From assembly GCA_964487475.1 (NCBI GenBank), contig CAZAPM010000001.1:122086-186085 (forward strand): a stretch of DNA of 64,000 nucleotides. Reading direction: 5' to 3'. A program made the translations under genes and the position numbers. Within the stretch, counting starts at the first letter, position 1; every line of letters begins with the position of its first letter. The stretch is from an uncultured Planctomycetales bacterium (GTDB taxonomy: Bacteria; Omnitrophota; Gorgyraeia; Gygaellales; Profunditerraquicolaceae). The notes beneath the pieces are model-generated. The model did no database searches. It was not told the origin of the DNA and saw only the letters and a list, made by a program, of their open reading frames with translations. Positions 63,552 to 64,000 of this stretch are shown here, piece by piece.

Positions 63552-63564
63552 TTTTAGGGCACCT

Positions 63565-64000
63565 ATGACGTCTTCAGCCACGGAATTCGCATATCTGACT
63601 TGTGTAAGCGTCCCTGATTTTGCCAGGCAGCGGTTTGGCTGGGCAGCGTCTATCCCGGCTCCCGTGCTCTCGTTCTTTGTAAAGGGCAGAGTGGCGCAGG
63701 CAGGGTGCGTGGTCTCTACCCGCGGCAAAAAAGTGTGCGGGTACATGATCAATTGCCCTGAAATGGCGTTCTCGAAGCAGGCGCAGGATGAGTACTCCGT
63801 GTTCAACCAGGTGCTGTCAGCAGGCAAACTGGCGAAATCCATCGGGGTGCATACCGTGGGCCTTGACGGGTTCTCCCGTTTGCTCGGGGCCAGGGCCGCG
63901 TCATTGCCTAAGATCGCCAAAGTCGCGTTCACTACCGGCATTTCACTGGCTGCCTGGAGCTTGTACGAAGCGTTATACCGTTGCGCCGGCAAGCAGGGGA
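63565..64000 (+). CDS. hypothetical protein, 5' part (runs off the window end)
   Basis: Open frame from ATG 63565 to the window end with a protein-like composition. The opposing minus-strand ORF 63459-63992 looks like antisense junk. Confidence 0.4.
   Translation, partial: MTSSATEFAYLTCVSVPDFARQRFGWAASIPAPVLSFFVKGRVAQAGCVVSTRGKKVCGYMINCPEMAFSKQAQDEYSVFNQVLSAGKLAKSIGVHTVGLDGFSRLLGARAASLPKIAKVAFTTGISLAAWSLYEALYRCAGKQG

Noticed and set aside
63459-63992. 177-aa minus ORF at the window end
   Set aside because: Low-complexity translation. The + strand frame from ATG 63565 is more protein-like, though itself unassigned.

Overview
All supported genes in this 64-kb, ~60% GC bacterial window lie on the + strand; the long minus-strand ORFs in the track are antisense artefacts of high-GC coding DNA. 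Most of the window is conserved core genome: recA-recX-alaS; the his operon hisD-hisB-hisH-hisA-[lipoprotein]-hisF-hisI; a TrpE-like gene; rpsP; yajC-secDF; mfd-surA-pdxA-rsmA(ksgA); then tRNA-Thr, rpmG, tRNA-Trp, secE-nusG-rplKAJL-rpoBC, the str, S10, spc and alpha ribosomal operons; and an aspartate aminotransferase / leuC-pilT-leuD-leuB(icd)-mdh-lpd-lipB-lipoyl-carrier cluster. The stand-out region is the first 5.7 kb. It holds six translationally coupled genes with overlapping start/stop codons: one radical-SAM enzyme with a SPASM-type C-terminal domain, a 292-aa unknown protein, three tandem paralogous radical-SAM enzymes with twitch-like C-terminal Cys clusters, and a polytopic membrane protein bearing both prepilin-peptidase (A24, TadV/CpaA-type) catalytic motifs. 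No precursor peptide is visible; an ORF running in from the window edge overlaps the first gene. I propose this as an undescribed radical-SAM peptide or protein maturation cassette linked to a type-IV-prepilin-like leader protease. Other notable signals: a small family of inverted-repeat (MITE/REP-like) elements sharing termini AGGGACGGTTCTG...CAGAACCGTCCCT at gene junctions, one copy of which supplies the stop codon of leuB/icd and the start codon of mdh; a ~52-nt structured motif present twice with compensatory stem changes; an Mfd lacking N- and C-terminal domains; pilT inserted between leuC and leuD; a possibly N-terminally extended L15 (no rpmD gene) and a His/Glu/Lys-rich C-terminal tail on L17; and an excisionase-family HTH gene with a near-consensus promoter and tandem operator-like repeats just before the window ends. 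Coordinates are read by eye and may be off by a nucleotide or two.
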